Virus record (IMG/VR): IMGVR_UViG_3300045988_174371
Coordinates: 288,001-352,000 of that record
Source: a virus
DNA: 64,000 nt
Direction: 5' to 3' (one strand)
A program made the translations under genes and the position numbers. Below the pieces are notes generated by a model that was given only the letters and a program-made list of their open reading frames with translations, was not told the DNA's origin and searched no databases. Below are positions 42,407-51,981 of this stretch, one piece after another (positions within the stretch are counted from its first letter, which is position 1; each line of letters begins with the position of its first letter).

Positions 42407-43174
42407 CTAAGCGGTGTAGATGCTCTGGGTTGCAACCCAGCCGTTCAGAGCGTGCATACGTCGCCATTCCAGCGGCGTAATGAAGTTCGAGACGTTGTGC
42501 AGGCAGGTGAAGCCACTGTCGCGGAACTCATCGATAGTCGGCTTGTCCTGCTCGCGCGGCTCTTCTGCTCGGAGGACTCGGAAGGTTCGGGTACCGAAGT
42601 TATGCAGGTCGCTGTACGGCTGGATGCGGAGCGGGTTACCACTGAAGCCGTTCTGTCGAGACTGCCACTCTTCAACGTCCATAAGGTTCAGGTTGCCCGG
42701 CTCGTAGGAGATGACGGGCATCAGCTGAACCTCATTGTCTTCAATCTTGTAGACAATAGCCTCAACAGTGGTATCCCAGTCGTCGTCCTCATGCCAGTGC
42801 TGGTCATCTGCCGGGTACACCTTTACGGTGACCTTACCGCCGATGGTATAGGTTCGACCGCCCATGCGGGTGGTATAGAAACCGGCACCAATGCGCTTGG
42901 TGTGAACCTTGCGGATTGCAGATTCGATGTGCAGGGGGTGAACGTCCAGCGGGAAGTCGAAGTCTTCACTGAGAAGGTCTTCGGTGCTCATACCTAGGTG
43001 CGCGGCGATTTCCTCTGCCGTGATACCCATGTCCTTGAGGGTTTCAAGGGTGGTTTCCTTGGTGATATTGTCGGACTCGCGGACAATAGTCAGGGCTTCG
43101 ATAAGGTCCTGCGGGCTGTCCGGGGTGATATTGGTCGGCAGGGTGATGCGGGGTACGTCAATGCTCTTATGCAT
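42407..43174 (-). CDS. hypothetical protein (255 aa)
   Basis: SD GAAAGGAA upstream of the ATG at 43174. Confidence 0.65.
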   Translation of the reverse strand: MHKSIDVPRITLPTNITPDSPQDLIEALTIVRESDNITKETTLETLKDMGITAEEIAAHLGMSTEDLLSEDFDFPLDVHPLHIESAIRKVHTKRIGAGFYTTRMGGRTYTIGGKVTVKVYPADDQHWHEDDDWDTTVEAIVYKIEDNEVQLMPVISYEPGNLNLMDVEEWQSRQNGFSGNPLRIQPYSDLHNFGTRTFRVLRAEEPREQDKPTIDEFRDSGFTCLHNVSNFITPLEWRRMHALNGWVATQSIYTA

Positions 43175-43280
43175 GTGAAAGAGTAGTTCCTTTCAAAGAT
43201 AGTGTTTAGTTAAGTAGTGAATGAAACTCAAAGGCACTCGTAACTAAGTGTATGGGTGCTCTTTCGAGAGTCATACGATA

Positions 43281-43289
43281 AGTGTAACA
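43281..43289 (-). promoter_or_regulatory. extended -10 box TGTTACACT
   Basis: The minus strand reads CATTATGTGTTACACT, in the divergent region. Confidence 0.4.
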
Positions 43290-43407
43290 CATAATGCAAT
43301 ATTCTGCAAAGAAGTGTACTAGTGCGTTCGGCGCTCTTCGCCAGTTGCGCCTGCATCCTGTACAATGGCTCTGAATAAACCAGTACACCATTAGAAAGGA
43401 TTTCATT

Positions 43408-44025
43408 ATGCAGGAACTATCTGGCAACATGACCATCTCAACTTTCATTGAGGCTACCATTATACCACATACTAAGACCGCAGGCGGCTCAACTAGCCCT
43501 GCCCGATACTACAGGGCAATGACACTCAGTGAAGCGCCAGCAAGCCTAAAGCCTTCACAGTTGCCTGCAACCGCCTCTCAGTCCTTTTACCTTAGCACAC
43601 ACAGCAGTTCAGGTGAGGAGATGGGCATTACAGGGCGCGTCATCACCAAAGTAGTCCACAACGAACACCTTGAACACTACCTGAGAGCCGTATTCAATCG
43701 GACAGTAGACGACGACCAGCGACTACTAGCTCTCTACCACCAAGCGAACCCATCCAATGTTCACGTAGTCAAGGAAGTATACACCCTACCTACCGGCGTA
43801 ACCCCTCATGATGCCGTATGCGCATTCCTTAACGAAACCGCCAACACAGAGTCTCCTACCCCGGCAACATGGGCGGAGCTAGTGAGGAAATTTCATGACC
43901 TCCTCAGCCCCGCCGCCGTCAAGAGTGTTGAGTGCCCCGGTCTACTGGAACGAGTATGTCACGACCCCGCTTATGACCATGTGCCAGGCATGTTAGGCAT
44001 GTGCCCCTGGCTGGATGACAAGTAG
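43408..44025 (+). CDS. hypothetical protein (205 aa)
   Basis: SD AAAGGA, with a 20-bp perfect terminator after the stop. Confidence 0.65.
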   Translation: MQELSGNMTISTFIEATIIPHTKTAGGSTSPARYYRAMTLSEAPASLKPSQLPATASQSFYLSTHSSSGEEMGITGRVITKVVHNEHLEHYLRAVFNRTVDDDQRLLALYHQANPSNVHVVKEVYTLPTGVTPHDAVCAFLNETANTESPTPATWAELVRKFHDLLSPAAVKSVECPGLLERVCHDPAYDHVPGMLGMCPWLDDK

Positions 44026-44034
44026 CAGAGCCGA

Positions 44035-44088
44035 CGCAAAGAGAAAGCACCCCGAACCATTGGTTTTGCGGGGTGCTTTCTCTTTGCG
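44035..44088. terminator. bidirectional terminator
   Basis: 20-bp perfect stem cgcaaagagaaagcaccccg / cggggtgctttctctttgcg. Confidence 0.8.
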
Positions 44089-44109
44089 CTCTACGCAATT
44101 CAGTTACGG

Positions 44110-44709
44110 TCAGTTGGAGGTCTCATTCAATTCTGGGCGGACGGATGAGACGTACTTCGTGACAAGGCTGTCTGCAAGGTTGGACTGAACCTGCAAGCTG
44201 GTCAGAAACGCGGTCTGGACATTCTCGGAGAGAACGGAGATGCCGGTTACCTGATGTGCGCGCTGAAGCTTCTCGCTATTATCCTTTGCCCATCCTCGAC
44301 TTGCAGAGATGAGGTGGCTCAGTTCTGCCTGATGTGTGTTCACGAAGTCCTGAACGAATTTAAGGACGGCGGAGCTGTCGGTAATCCAGAGGCTTGCCGC
44401 CGTACCACTATGCATACCTCCGTCAAGTAGACCGTCAGCGCCGCCGCGTCGCTCCTGCGGTTCGCTCTTGAAGAGAATAAAAGTCTTCTTGTAGCCAATG
44501 GTGCCGTAAGAGAATGTGTTCGTCACTTGGTATGAGCGTGGCTTGAAGGTGAACTCGGTGCCGTTAATCAGGCTCGGTATCAGGTTATTGCCTTCTGGGG
44601 TTACTGTAACTCGGTCAGTTACCAGCACGCTAACAGATGCTTCTTTGTCTGAGCTGTCTGCTGGATGGGTTTGCGTAACGGTGTAAACGAACTGGGTGTC
44701 TTGAGCCAT
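44110..44709 (-). CDS. hypothetical protein (about 199 aa)
   Basis: ATG at 44709 (MAQDTQF) preceded by GGAGAA. Confidence 0.65.
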   Translation of the reverse strand: MAQDTQFVYTVTQTHPADSSDKEASVSVLVTDRVTVTPEGNNLIPSLINGTEFTFKPRSYQVTNTFSYGTIGYKKTFILFKSEPQERRGGADGLLDGGMHSGTAASLWITDSSAVLKFVQDFVNTHQAELSHLISASRGWAKDNSEKLQRAHQVTGISVLSENVQTAFLTSLQVQSNLADSLVTKYVSSVRPELNETSN

Positions 44710-44805
44710 ATTTCTGTTCTCCTTATTGGTAGAGTGAATTTCGATGCGCCGCATGGCATGAAACTATGAATGATTGCACACCTCTTCTTTTCTGAGGTAA
44801 ACACA

Positions 44806-44814
44806 AGTATACCA
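44806..44814 (-). promoter_or_regulatory. extended -10 box TGGTATACT
   Basis: The minus strand reads TGgTATACT, directly after hairpin 44829-44867. Confidence 0.4.
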
Positions 44815-44828
44815 GAGGCACCTATAGC

Positions 44829-44867
44829 GCCCTAGTGGGAGGACTGTGATAATCCTCCCACTAGGGC
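44829..44867. terminator. hairpin
   Basis: 15-bp perfect stem gccctagtgggagga / tcctcccactagggc. Confidence 0.6.
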
Positions 44868-44992
44868 AGATGGCTGTAGATGTCTCTTACGCGCTGACGA
44901 TGACGTAGGTCATACAGGGGCGTTCTACGAAGACCATCAGGGCTTCATTGAGGCTGTTTCCCTGAGCGGTTCACCCCTTATGCATGGTCGGC

Positions 44993-45151
44993 TTAGTGGT
45001 TCCAGATGCCTTCCAGCGCCCAGCGCCCAGTGCCGGGTCGTAGGGCGGATTCCTTATTGCGTTTAATAACGCCTACCATGTTGCCGTTCTCGTCAATGAT
45101 TCGGTACATGTTCTTCTGAATGAGCTTGATGCTGTAGCCGTTGAACTTCAT
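44993..45151 (-). CDS. possible small protein (52 aa; below the ORF-track cutoff)
   Basis: ATG at 45151 preceded by AAGGAG. It translates as MKFNGYSIKLIQKNMYRIIDENGNMVGVIKRNKESALRPGTGRWALEGIWNH. Confidence 0.4.
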   Translation of the reverse strand: MKFNGYSIKLIQKNMYRIIDENGNMVGVIKRNKESALRPGTGRWALEGIWNH

Positions 45152-45215
45152 GGTGTGAGCTCCTTCTTTGGCTTGAGTGATGATTGATGGGTCCTGGGTG
45201 ACTAGTGGGCTGTGC

Positions 45216-45539
45216 TTAGTTGCCCGCTTGCTTGATGGTGTAGGGGGTGATGAACTCTCGGTAGTTCTGGTAAAGCTCCTTGAGGGTGGTTGCGTGCTGT
45301 TCTGCGCGTGCCTTAGCGTCCTGGAGGCGATTCATTGCCTTTTCGTATGCGGTACGGGCAAGCGCGAGTGCGCGGACACCGATTTCCTGTACGGATTCTA
45401 GGGCGGCGTGGTAGGCGCTTTCGGCTTCCTGAAACTTTGCAGTCCAGTGGGTGACCCAGCCTACGGCTACCTGGAGCAAGCTCTCTTCTTTGGAGACTTC
45501 GTTATTCAGTTCTGCTTCGGTTGCGTAGGTTGCGTTCAC
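45216..45539 (-). CDS. small coiled-coil protein (107 aa)
   Basis: GTG start preceded by GGAAGGGG. The sequence is helical and Ala/Glu-rich. Confidence 0.6.
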   Translation of the reverse strand: MNATYATEAELNNEVSKEESLLQVAVGWVTHWTAKFQEAESAYHAALESVQEIGVRALALARTAYEKAMNRLQDAKARAEQHATTLKELYQNYREFITPYTIKQAGN

Positions 45540-45581
45540 GATGCCGCCCCTTCCATAGGTCTAAATCATTGCTACATAAAT

Positions 45582-45590
45582 AGTGTACCA
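45582..45590 (-). promoter_or_regulatory. extended -10 box TGGTACACT
   Basis: The minus strand reads AAAATATGTGGTACACT, about 40 nt upstream of the start at 45539. Confidence 0.5.
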
Positions 45591-45635
45591 CATATTTTAA
45601 GAGCTATGCAAGCGATATGTTTGTGGCGCAAAGAA

Positions 45636-45675
45636 ACCCCCTGCTTGCAACGACTAACAGTTGCAAGCAGGGGGT
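45636..45675. terminator. intrinsic terminator downstream of B1
   Basis: 16-bp perfect stem accccctgcttgcaac / gttgcaagcagggggt with a U-rich tail. Confidence 0.8.
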
Positions 45676-45690
45676 AATACTCAAGCCCTA

Positions 45691-46860
45691 TTAGCTATCC
45701 ATTTCCAAGGAAGCCCAGAACCTCTCCTTGGAAAGTTCAACATCTCCAAAGGAGCTGAAATCTTCCAACCCACAGAACTCGGTAATACGGCTACAAATAG
45801 ACTCAGGACTCAATCGCGCCCTATCCCACGAAATAGCTGTCACATAGTCACCAGTAAGCATGTATGTGCCACCGAACGTGCGCTCAGTACGTTCAGCAAC
45901 AAGCCTACGCAAACCATCCTCAATTTGGCGCACAGAAAGGAACCTATACGCAGTTGGGATAGCCGACCTAAGACCAGCCTGCCACAAGAAGTAGACAATA
46001 GCCAGCGGGTCACCACCAATAAGGAACGGGTAATACAGTCCACACCGACAACCATCCTCAAGATGCACACTAGGCGCAATGCAGAACTCTTGAATATGCG
46101 CCCCAGTAGCCAGTAGCGATGCGGAGCGAATCAAAGTCCGCGCAATGTTGCTAGATAGCAAATCATCAATGCGCTTACCCGCAGTACCCACCCTCAGCTC
46201 CTCATCTGACATGGACAGAAACGCAGAGGGCACATACCAGACTTCACCCGAAGTTCCTACGGTAGCAGGCTTAACACCGCCACCAAACACGCTATCTCCA
46301 GCCCGGAAATAATCCGCCGGGTCATCAATCTTAAACGAGCCTTCCCCTACAAAGGTTGCCCTGAGGAGTGAGAAATTGCCAGAGAGCGTGAACTCGCTCT
46401 TTGGGCTGACCTTACAGGAGTCAAGCTGAACATCCCCAAAGGTACTAAGGCTCGAATTGTCCATCAAGGTCACCTTGTGCGCATCCCCACCAAAGCCGCT
46501 ATAGGTAGCGCCACTATGCAGTGTCAGCGATTCAACATTCGAGTTATGTAGTGTTAGCTTCACACCGTCATGCACGGTCACACCTGAGGCGTTACTATTT
46601 TTCAGGTCGAGGGTGATTCCTGAACCTTCTGCTGTGGCATCAGAGACAATCTGGACACCATCAACGCTACTATCTTCAATATGCACATCAACTGCCCCCT
46701 GAAAATTGCCAGGCTGAGAAACCTTATCCAAAGAGCTGTTGATGATTTCTCCTGAGCAGTGAAGCTGAACATCGTCACCAAACGAACAGCCACTCACCAC
46801 CACATCTCCAGTTAGCAGATTACCGTCATGTAGCCCACTCGGTTTTTCATGCGTAGCCAT
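45691..46860 (-). CDS. B-family paralogue B1 (beta-helix-like N-terminus + CHCC/YPL C-terminal module)
   Basis: The C-terminal module is QEFCIAPSVHLEDGCRCGLYYPFLIGGDPLAIVYFLWQAGL. The N-terminal half has repeats rich in [DGS]xx[VL]. ATG at 46860 follows AAAGG. Confidence 0.8.
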   Translation of the reverse strand: MATHEKPSGLHDGNLLTGDVVVSGCSFGDDVQLHCSGEIINSSLDKVSQPGNFQGAVDVHIEDSSVDGVQIVSDATAEGSGITLDLKNSNASGVTVHDGVKLTLHNSNVESLTLHSGATYSGFGGDAHKVTLMDNSSLSTFGDVQLDSCKVSPKSEFTLSGNFSLLRATFVGEGSFKIDDPADYFRAGDSVFGGGVKPATVGTSGEVWYVPSAFLSMSDEELRVGTAGKRIDDLLSSNIARTLIRSASLLATGAHIQEFCIAPSVHLEDGCRCGLYYPFLIGGDPLAIVYFLWQAGLRSAIPTAYRFLSVRQIEDGLRRLVAERTERTFGGTYMLTGDYVTAISWDRARLSPESICSRITEFCGLEDFSSFGDVELSKERFWASLEMDS

Positions 46861-46879
46861 AAACACCTTTCAGTAGCGA

Positions 46880-48439
46880 TTAGTCCTCAGAGCCCAGGAA
46901 CCCCTTGTCGGGTGCACTGAGATACTGGGCGGGAGTGGAATCCGTGAGAGAGCCAGCGAATCGCTCAAAATCACTCACGCCGCAGAACTCGAAGATGCGC
47001 TCCCTCACGGAGGTGAAGTTACACTCATCCGTCCAGTAAAGCTCAGTGAGACTCCATAGGTCGTAAATGTTCGATGCGCTCAAAATGGCTTCCTTCACCA
47101 TATGGGTAAGCTCAGCGTCGCTGTAGGCGTTATGTTCATCCGACGCAGAGCTTGACATACCGGCGGCTCGCAAGAAGTACAGGATGCCCACTGAATGACC
47201 AGCAAGTAGCAGGGGGTACGCAAGACCGCAGACACAGCCACTATTGGCGTGAATATCGGGCGCAACACAGAACTTGTGTACCGTTGCGCCAACACTCAAC
47301 AAACGCGCGCTGAGACGGTACGCGTCGTTGGCGGTCTGGCGGATAATCTCACCCTGCTCAGCGGAGGTTAGAGATTCCCCTGGATGGTGCTTGAGGATGC
47401 GCGAAAGGGTGTAGGGGATACGGGCTTGGGTGTTGATGGTCATTACCTTACCCTCTGCCTTACCCCACCATGCGGCAACCAAATCGTCTAGGCACATGCT
47501 GTGGTGAACATCTAGCGACATTGCGCCTACAAAGCTACTTGCACTAATGGAGAGCTTGCCTCGAATGTCGAAAGTGCCAGAATTAAACACGGACTTGAAG
47601 ATAGCTACCGACCCATCAACCTTAACCGAAGCGCCATTGCGGACATATGCCGTATCAATGCTAGGCTTAGTGCCCTTCGCTTCCAGCTTGCCACCCTGCA
47701 AGTATAGGTGGTTGATTTTAGTATTCTCGCAAACGAGGGCATTGGGTAGCTCATGAGAAGACGCGCCCAGGTAGCAAAGCTTACTGTTACGCGCATCCAG
47801 CGTACTGAAATGCTCTAGTGTGTAGCTATTCCGCACGTCAGTGTTCTGGACAGTAATCTCCTGCTTGCCCATTGCGGGTGAGCTCTGGAATCCAGACCCG
47901 TTCAATCGAGAGTTCTTGAAGTGCCCGCTGTAGAGGTTAATGCCGTAGTCCATCTTTACAGTGGACGGGTCTACCACAGCGTTACCTGCAATGACGTTGC
48001 CACCAAGAAGATTGTGAGCCTTCTTCGCAGGGACGATAAGCACATCCTCCACACCATCAATGGGTGAAAAGGAATCCAACAGAGTAGGTACGTTTACCTG
48101 AACGTCCTCAATGAGAGTGGGGGCATCTTCTTGCAAGGTTCGCTCAACGCCTGCAACAATATCCCTCTCCCACTTGCGCAAAGGCTGGGTAGCATCGTTC
48201 AGGTGGTTATTCCAGCCGCGATACAGCACATACTGGAACTTGTTACCATGTTCGCGGATAAACTCATGCATATTAGAGGGGAAAGCGTTACGCACCTTAG
48301 CTGGGTGGGTTCGCCAAAGAAGCTCGCCGTCGGGGGATAGGCGGGGCGTAGGTAGTCGCGTATCGAGGTTTACGCCGTCGGTCTTGTAGAGTAGGTAGAA
48401 GCGCTCCTTGGGCTCCTGCCAAATGTTCTTGTGGGTCAT
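46880..48439 (-). CDS. B-family paralogue B2 (519 aa)
   Basis: HKFCVAPDIHANSGCVCGLAYPLLLAGHSVGILYFLRAAGM. The C-terminal tail ERIFEFCGVSDFERF resembles B1 RITEFCGLEDFSSF. Confidence 0.8.
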   Translation of the reverse strand: MTHKNIWQEPKERFYLLYKTDGVNLDTRLPTPRLSPDGELLWRTHPAKVRNAFPSNMHEFIREHGNKFQYVLYRGWNNHLNDATQPLRKWERDIVAGVERTLQEDAPTLIEDVQVNVPTLLDSFSPIDGVEDVLIVPAKKAHNLLGGNVIAGNAVVDPSTVKMDYGINLYSGHFKNSRLNGSGFQSSPAMGKQEITVQNTDVRNSYTLEHFSTLDARNSKLCYLGASSHELPNALVCENTKINHLYLQGGKLEAKGTKPSIDTAYVRNGASVKVDGSVAIFKSVFNSGTFDIRGKLSISASSFVGAMSLDVHHSMCLDDLVAAWWGKAEGKVMTINTQARIPYTLSRILKHHPGESLTSAEQGEIIRQTANDAYRLSARLLSVGATVHKFCVAPDIHANSGCVCGLAYPLLLAGHSVGILYFLRAAGMSSSASDEHNAYSDAELTHMVKEAILSASNIYDLWSLTELYWTDECNFTSVRERIFEFCGVSDFERFAGSLTDSTPAQYLSAPDKGFLGSED

Positions 48440-48462
48440 GATTTACTTTCTCTTAGGGTGCG

Positions 48463-48508
48463 GGGTGGGGCGCTCCGCCGTATTGGTATCGGTCAGAGCG
48501 CCCCACCC
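48463..48508. other. 13-bp GC-rich stem-loop without U-tract, 23 nt upstream of the B2 start
   Basis: gggtggggcgctc / gagcgccccaccc. A TATAGT hexamer (48512-48517, minus strand) abuts it. Confidence 0.65.
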
Positions 48509-48525
48509 TCAACTATAGGTTGTGC

Positions 48526-50067
48526 TTAGCGGATGCCCAGAAGGTCAGCCGGGGCAACATGGTACTTGGAGGCAATGTGCTCGTTCCATGCTTCGTGGTC
48601 GTAGATGTCGTTTCGCTCCTGCCAGATGGTGTAGTGTGCGGCGCTTCCACCACGTGCAAGGCGGCTACCAAGCTCGGCGGTCTCATGGTTGAGAACCTGT
48701 TCCAGCTCAACCCAGCTCTTGCCCTTGTGCTCCTCTGGGATGTGGTTCTCCAGCCCGTTTGCCTTGAGGTAGTAGGTTACCGCAAGCGGGTTGCCGAACA
48801 GTAGCACGGGATAGTAGAGTGCGCAGAGGCAATTGTCTCGCTTGTGAACCTTCGGCAAGGCACAGAATCGCTCCATCTTAAAGCCGCCCTCAATCATCTT
48901 ACTGCTGGTGATAAGGGTGCTGTCTGCGCTTTCCGTGAAGTCCACATTCTCCACCTTACCGTGGTTCTTCCGTACTCGGTACTCGAACTTCGGCTTGAGC
49001 AGGAGAGGAAGCAGGTAGAAGCCGGTAAGGTCAGACATAGGGGTATGTGATTCTAGTGCTTTGAGGTCGAACCAGCCACCAAAGTTGCTGTCCTTAATGT
49101 GTGCATCACCGCTAATGGAGATGTCGCCGCCACTGAAGAATACCTTGTCTAGTAGAACATTTCCACTGAGGTTTAGGTTGGCTCCCATGCGAACATGGAC
49201 GTTGGTCAGCTCGCCGCCAGTAACAGAAATATTCGGAGAATCTGCCTTGCGGTGAACGCCAGTAAATTCACTGTGACTAACGGTGGTGTCGCGCAGGGTA
49301 AGGTTCAGTTCGCCAGTGGTGAAGACACCCTCGATGGTGCTGTCTTCTACTAGGGTGTTGCCAGTCAGTTCCGCCGTGTGGTAGATGCCGCTATTGCGAA
49401 CGGTGGTGTCACCTGCAATGATGATGCGACTTTCGCCCTCGTGTGAAGAGTGAGTCAGCTTATGACCCTCAGTGGGCATATGCTCCTTGGTGATAAGACC
49501 ACTTTCGACATTCGCGGAGCCAGAGATACGACACTCTGCATCTCGCATGTCCACATGGCGAGGGTCTACAGTTGCGTAGTCGAAAATGTGATTACCACCC
49601 AGAAGGTTCTCAGCACATTCCGGGAGTGCGTACACGCTATCGTACTTGTAGAGCACGCTCTGCATCTCACCGAAGATGGTTGGGATGTTGAGCTCGGGGA
49701 ACTGGATGAAAGTCTTCTTCGGCTGACTCTTATCCATCTCAATCTTGCCAGTCTCGCGGTTGAAGACTCCTGAGGTGCTGTAAAGTACGGAGCTGTAAGG
49801 AACCTTCCTACTGCCGAAGGGGTCGTTCTCACCCCAATTGTTCGACTTCGGGTATTTGAAAGCACTGTACCACTTCTCCCAAAGAGCTCCGTTAAGGGGG
49901 ACGCGCCACACGCTATCGAGGGTTCGCTGGTTTCGAGTGGTCTTCTTGGGGAGAGAGACGCTATTGGAGTCATGTACCCAGATGGGGACGGTGGTTGCAG
50001 GGGTGATGTATTCAGGGGTGTTGAGGTGCTTGAGAAGCACACTGACATTCTGTGGCTTGTCGGTCAT
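48526..50067 (-). CDS. B-family paralogue B3 (about 513 aa)
   Basis: ERFCALPKVHKRDNCLCALYYPVLLFGNPLAVTYYLKANGL. ATG at 50067 (MTDKPQ) follows GAAAGG. The longer ORF-track start overlaps the promoter box. Confidence 0.8.
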   Translation of the reverse strand: MTDKPQNVSVLLKHLNTPEYITPATTVPIWVHDSNSVSLPKKTTRNQRTLDSVWRVPLNGALWEKWYSAFKYPKSNNWGENDPFGSRKVPYSSVLYSTSGVFNRETGKIEMDKSQPKKTFIQFPELNIPTIFGEMQSVLYKYDSVYALPECAENLLGGNHIFDYATVDPRHVDMRDAECRISGSANVESGLITKEHMPTEGHKLTHSSHEGESRIIIAGDTTVRNSGIYHTAELTGNTLVEDSTIEGVFTTGELNLTLRDTTVSHSEFTGVHRKADSPNISVTGGELTNVHVRMGANLNLSGNVLLDKVFFSGGDISISGDAHIKDSNFGGWFDLKALESHTPMSDLTGFYLLPLLLKPKFEYRVRKNHGKVENVDFTESADSTLITSSKMIEGGFKMERFCALPKVHKRDNCLCALYYPVLLFGNPLAVTYYLKANGLENHIPEEHKGKSWVELEQVLNHETAELGSRLARGGSAAHYTIWQERNDIYDHEAWNEHIASKYHVAPADLLGIR

Positions 50068-50103
50068 GATGGTTGCCTTTCTATAGCTAAAATATCTACA
50101 AAA

Positions 50104-50112
50104 AGTGTACCA
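50104..50112 (-). promoter_or_regulatory. extended -10 box TGGTACACT
   Basis: The minus strand reads ATTATGTGGTACACT. Confidence 0.5.
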
Positions 50113-50184
50113 CATAATCTGTGGGTATTGCAATGCCCCGACACGCGAAGGGAAAACGCTTGCCAGGGGCATTGCTTTCAGTGG

Positions 50185-51180
50185 TTATGGCGTGGGGTCT
50201 TGCCCGGTCAGTCTCCTGTAGTGAGCCAGCCAACTCTCAGGTAGTTGTCTAATATACTTCTCCCACGTCAGATGGTCTTCCGGCTTGAAGTCTTCCTTAA
50301 CCATATGGAATACCTCAGATGAGCTAATGTATACCGGCTGTATATGCTGAGTGAACTCAAGAATGATGTTATTGACCCACTTCAAAGGCTCCCCCTCCCT
50401 CCGATATTCAGCATGGTAAACACCCCAGGGGTGAAGCTCCCTATTCCGGGATGCCAACTCGTTGTACGGGGACTCAATGAGTGACCTCACCTTCCCTGCA
50501 AGCGCATTCTCTAGCATTGTCCAGCTGAGCGTGCTGAGCGGGTTGCGGACAGTCCCATCTAGTGCTGGATAGTCTGAATTGCGAATACCTGACTGAATAA
50601 GTCCCTCTACTCTGAAGAGGTAATGTAGGGCTACAGGATTACCTGTAAGCATTAGAGGGTACCAAAGGAGACAATGGCAGTGCGGGTTTACTTGCAGGTG
50701 GGTGGAAGCCTTGAGACACATGGTGGAGTCGCGCCAGGCAGGGTGCTTAATGAGCCCATAGGTAGCTACGGCAGTACGCAGTATTCCCGCGCTTGGAGAC
50801 ACGAAGCTACTGTCACTCACCGTGTCTGGGTATTCAGGATGCGGCATGATGTCATAGAAGGCGTAGCGCAGGGATTCGCAATCCCCAGCCTCAGTGTCAA
50901 TAACGGCAGAAAGCGCCATAGGCGGCTCTAAGTCATTAGGTACATCAATTAGCACGCCTCCATCAAGTGAGACTTTCTGGAGGCGTATAGAGCCTCTTAC
51001 GGTGGCGTTGCCACGCATCTTTAGACGGTAACTCCACGAGTTGCCAGCAATAACAGTATCATCACCAGCGTCTAGGTAGTGATGCTGTCCACCCAATATT
51101 TGCGCGTTCCCCTTGAGTGACTTGAGCCCAGACAGCTCAACTTTCTCACCAATAATAACGCCTGACGCTTCGCCCTGCAT
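50185..51180 (-). CDS. B-family paralogue B4 (331 aa)
   Basis: MCLKASTHLQVNPHCHCLLWYPLMLTGNPVALHYLFRVEGL. A strong SD GGAAGGAG overlaps the B5 stop. Confidence 0.8.
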   Translation of the reverse strand: MQGEASGVIIGEKVELSGLKSLKGNAQILGGQHHYLDAGDDTVIAGNSWSYRLKMRGNATVRGSIRLQKVSLDGGVLIDVPNDLEPPMALSAVIDTEAGDCESLRYAFYDIMPHPEYPDTVSDSSFVSPSAGILRTAVATYGLIKHPAWRDSTMCLKASTHLQVNPHCHCLLWYPLMLTGNPVALHYLFRVEGLIQSGIRNSDYPALDGTVRNPLSTLSWTMLENALAGKVRSLIESPYNELASRNRELHPWGVYHAEYRREGEPLKWVNNIILEFTQHIQPVYISSSEVFHMVKEDFKPEDHLTWEKYIRQLPESWLAHYRRLTGQDPTP

Positions 51181-51195
51181 AGCTAAAACTCCTTC

Positions 51196-51912
51196 CTAAT
51201 TGGGTGTGGCGATATTTAGGCACAAGTCAGTCTGACCAGTCACCCGGCACCAATGGTTATACCAGATAGTGCGAGATAGCGGGACAGGGATATTGTCATC
51301 TCGCGGGATGTAGGACTTAATCTCGCTCTCCCACTTGCGGTAGTTCAGCTTCGCAAAGCCGCCACGATACTCAGGAAGATAGCTCTTGGCATCAGCATAG
51401 CCGTCAGTGAATACTTCAACGATTCGCTGACGCATACTCTCCTCCAGAACAGATAGGGATAGTATTGAGTATGGGTTTCGCGGCGACTTTTCCAGGTGAA
51501 TAGTAGGCGCTTTACCTAGAGGCTGTAGAAGCCCCTCTGCGCGGAAGAAGTAGTGCATTGCAATAGGGTTCCCCATGAGGTACAGCGGATACCAGAGAAG
51601 GCAACGGCAGGTATGCATTGTCCCACGATGCTTCTCATAGTCCAGGCACCACGTGCCAGTCATGGCGGCAGAATCTTCCAACACCTGCATGGTTAGTTTA
51701 GCCATTGCAAACAAACTGTCCCGACGAAAAGATTTCCCGTCGTTAAAGAACTTCTTTGTCTTCAGATTCGGCTTCGTTTCGCGCATATTATAGACAAGAC
51801 TAGCACCGCCCACATTAAGCATGAGTGGTGTTTCTCGTTCAGGAATGATGATGCGGGCTTCTTTCCCCAGCTTAGCGCTATTGATGGTCACGCTATCTGT
51901 ACTATAGTTCAT
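51196..51912 (-). CDS. B-family paralogue B5 (238 aa, short N-terminus)
   Basis: WCLDYEKHRGTMHTCRCLLWYPLYLMGNPIAMHYFFRAEGL, with SD GGAGAG. Confidence 0.8.
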   Translation of the reverse strand: MNYSTDSVTINSAKLGKEARIIIPERETPLMLNVGGASLVYNMRETKPNLKTKKFFNDGKSFRRDSLFAMAKLTMQVLEDSAAMTGTWCLDYEKHRGTMHTCRCLLWYPLYLMGNPIAMHYFFRAEGLLQPLGKAPTIHLEKSPRNPYSILSLSVLEESMRQRIVEVFTDGYADAKSYLPEYRGGFAKLNYRKWESEIKSYIPRDDNIPVPLSRTIWYNHWCRVTGQTDLCLNIATPN

Positions 51913-51941
51913 GATTCTCTCCTAAATAAGTAAGTAAAATC

Positions 51942-51950
51942 AGTGTACCA
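51942..51950 (-). promoter_or_regulatory. extended -10 box TGGTACACT
   Basis: The minus strand reads ATTTTGTGTGGTACACT, about 30 nt upstream of the B5 start. Confidence 0.5.
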
Positions 51951-51981
51951 CACAAAATAGCTACTATGTAGTTCCAGTGCA

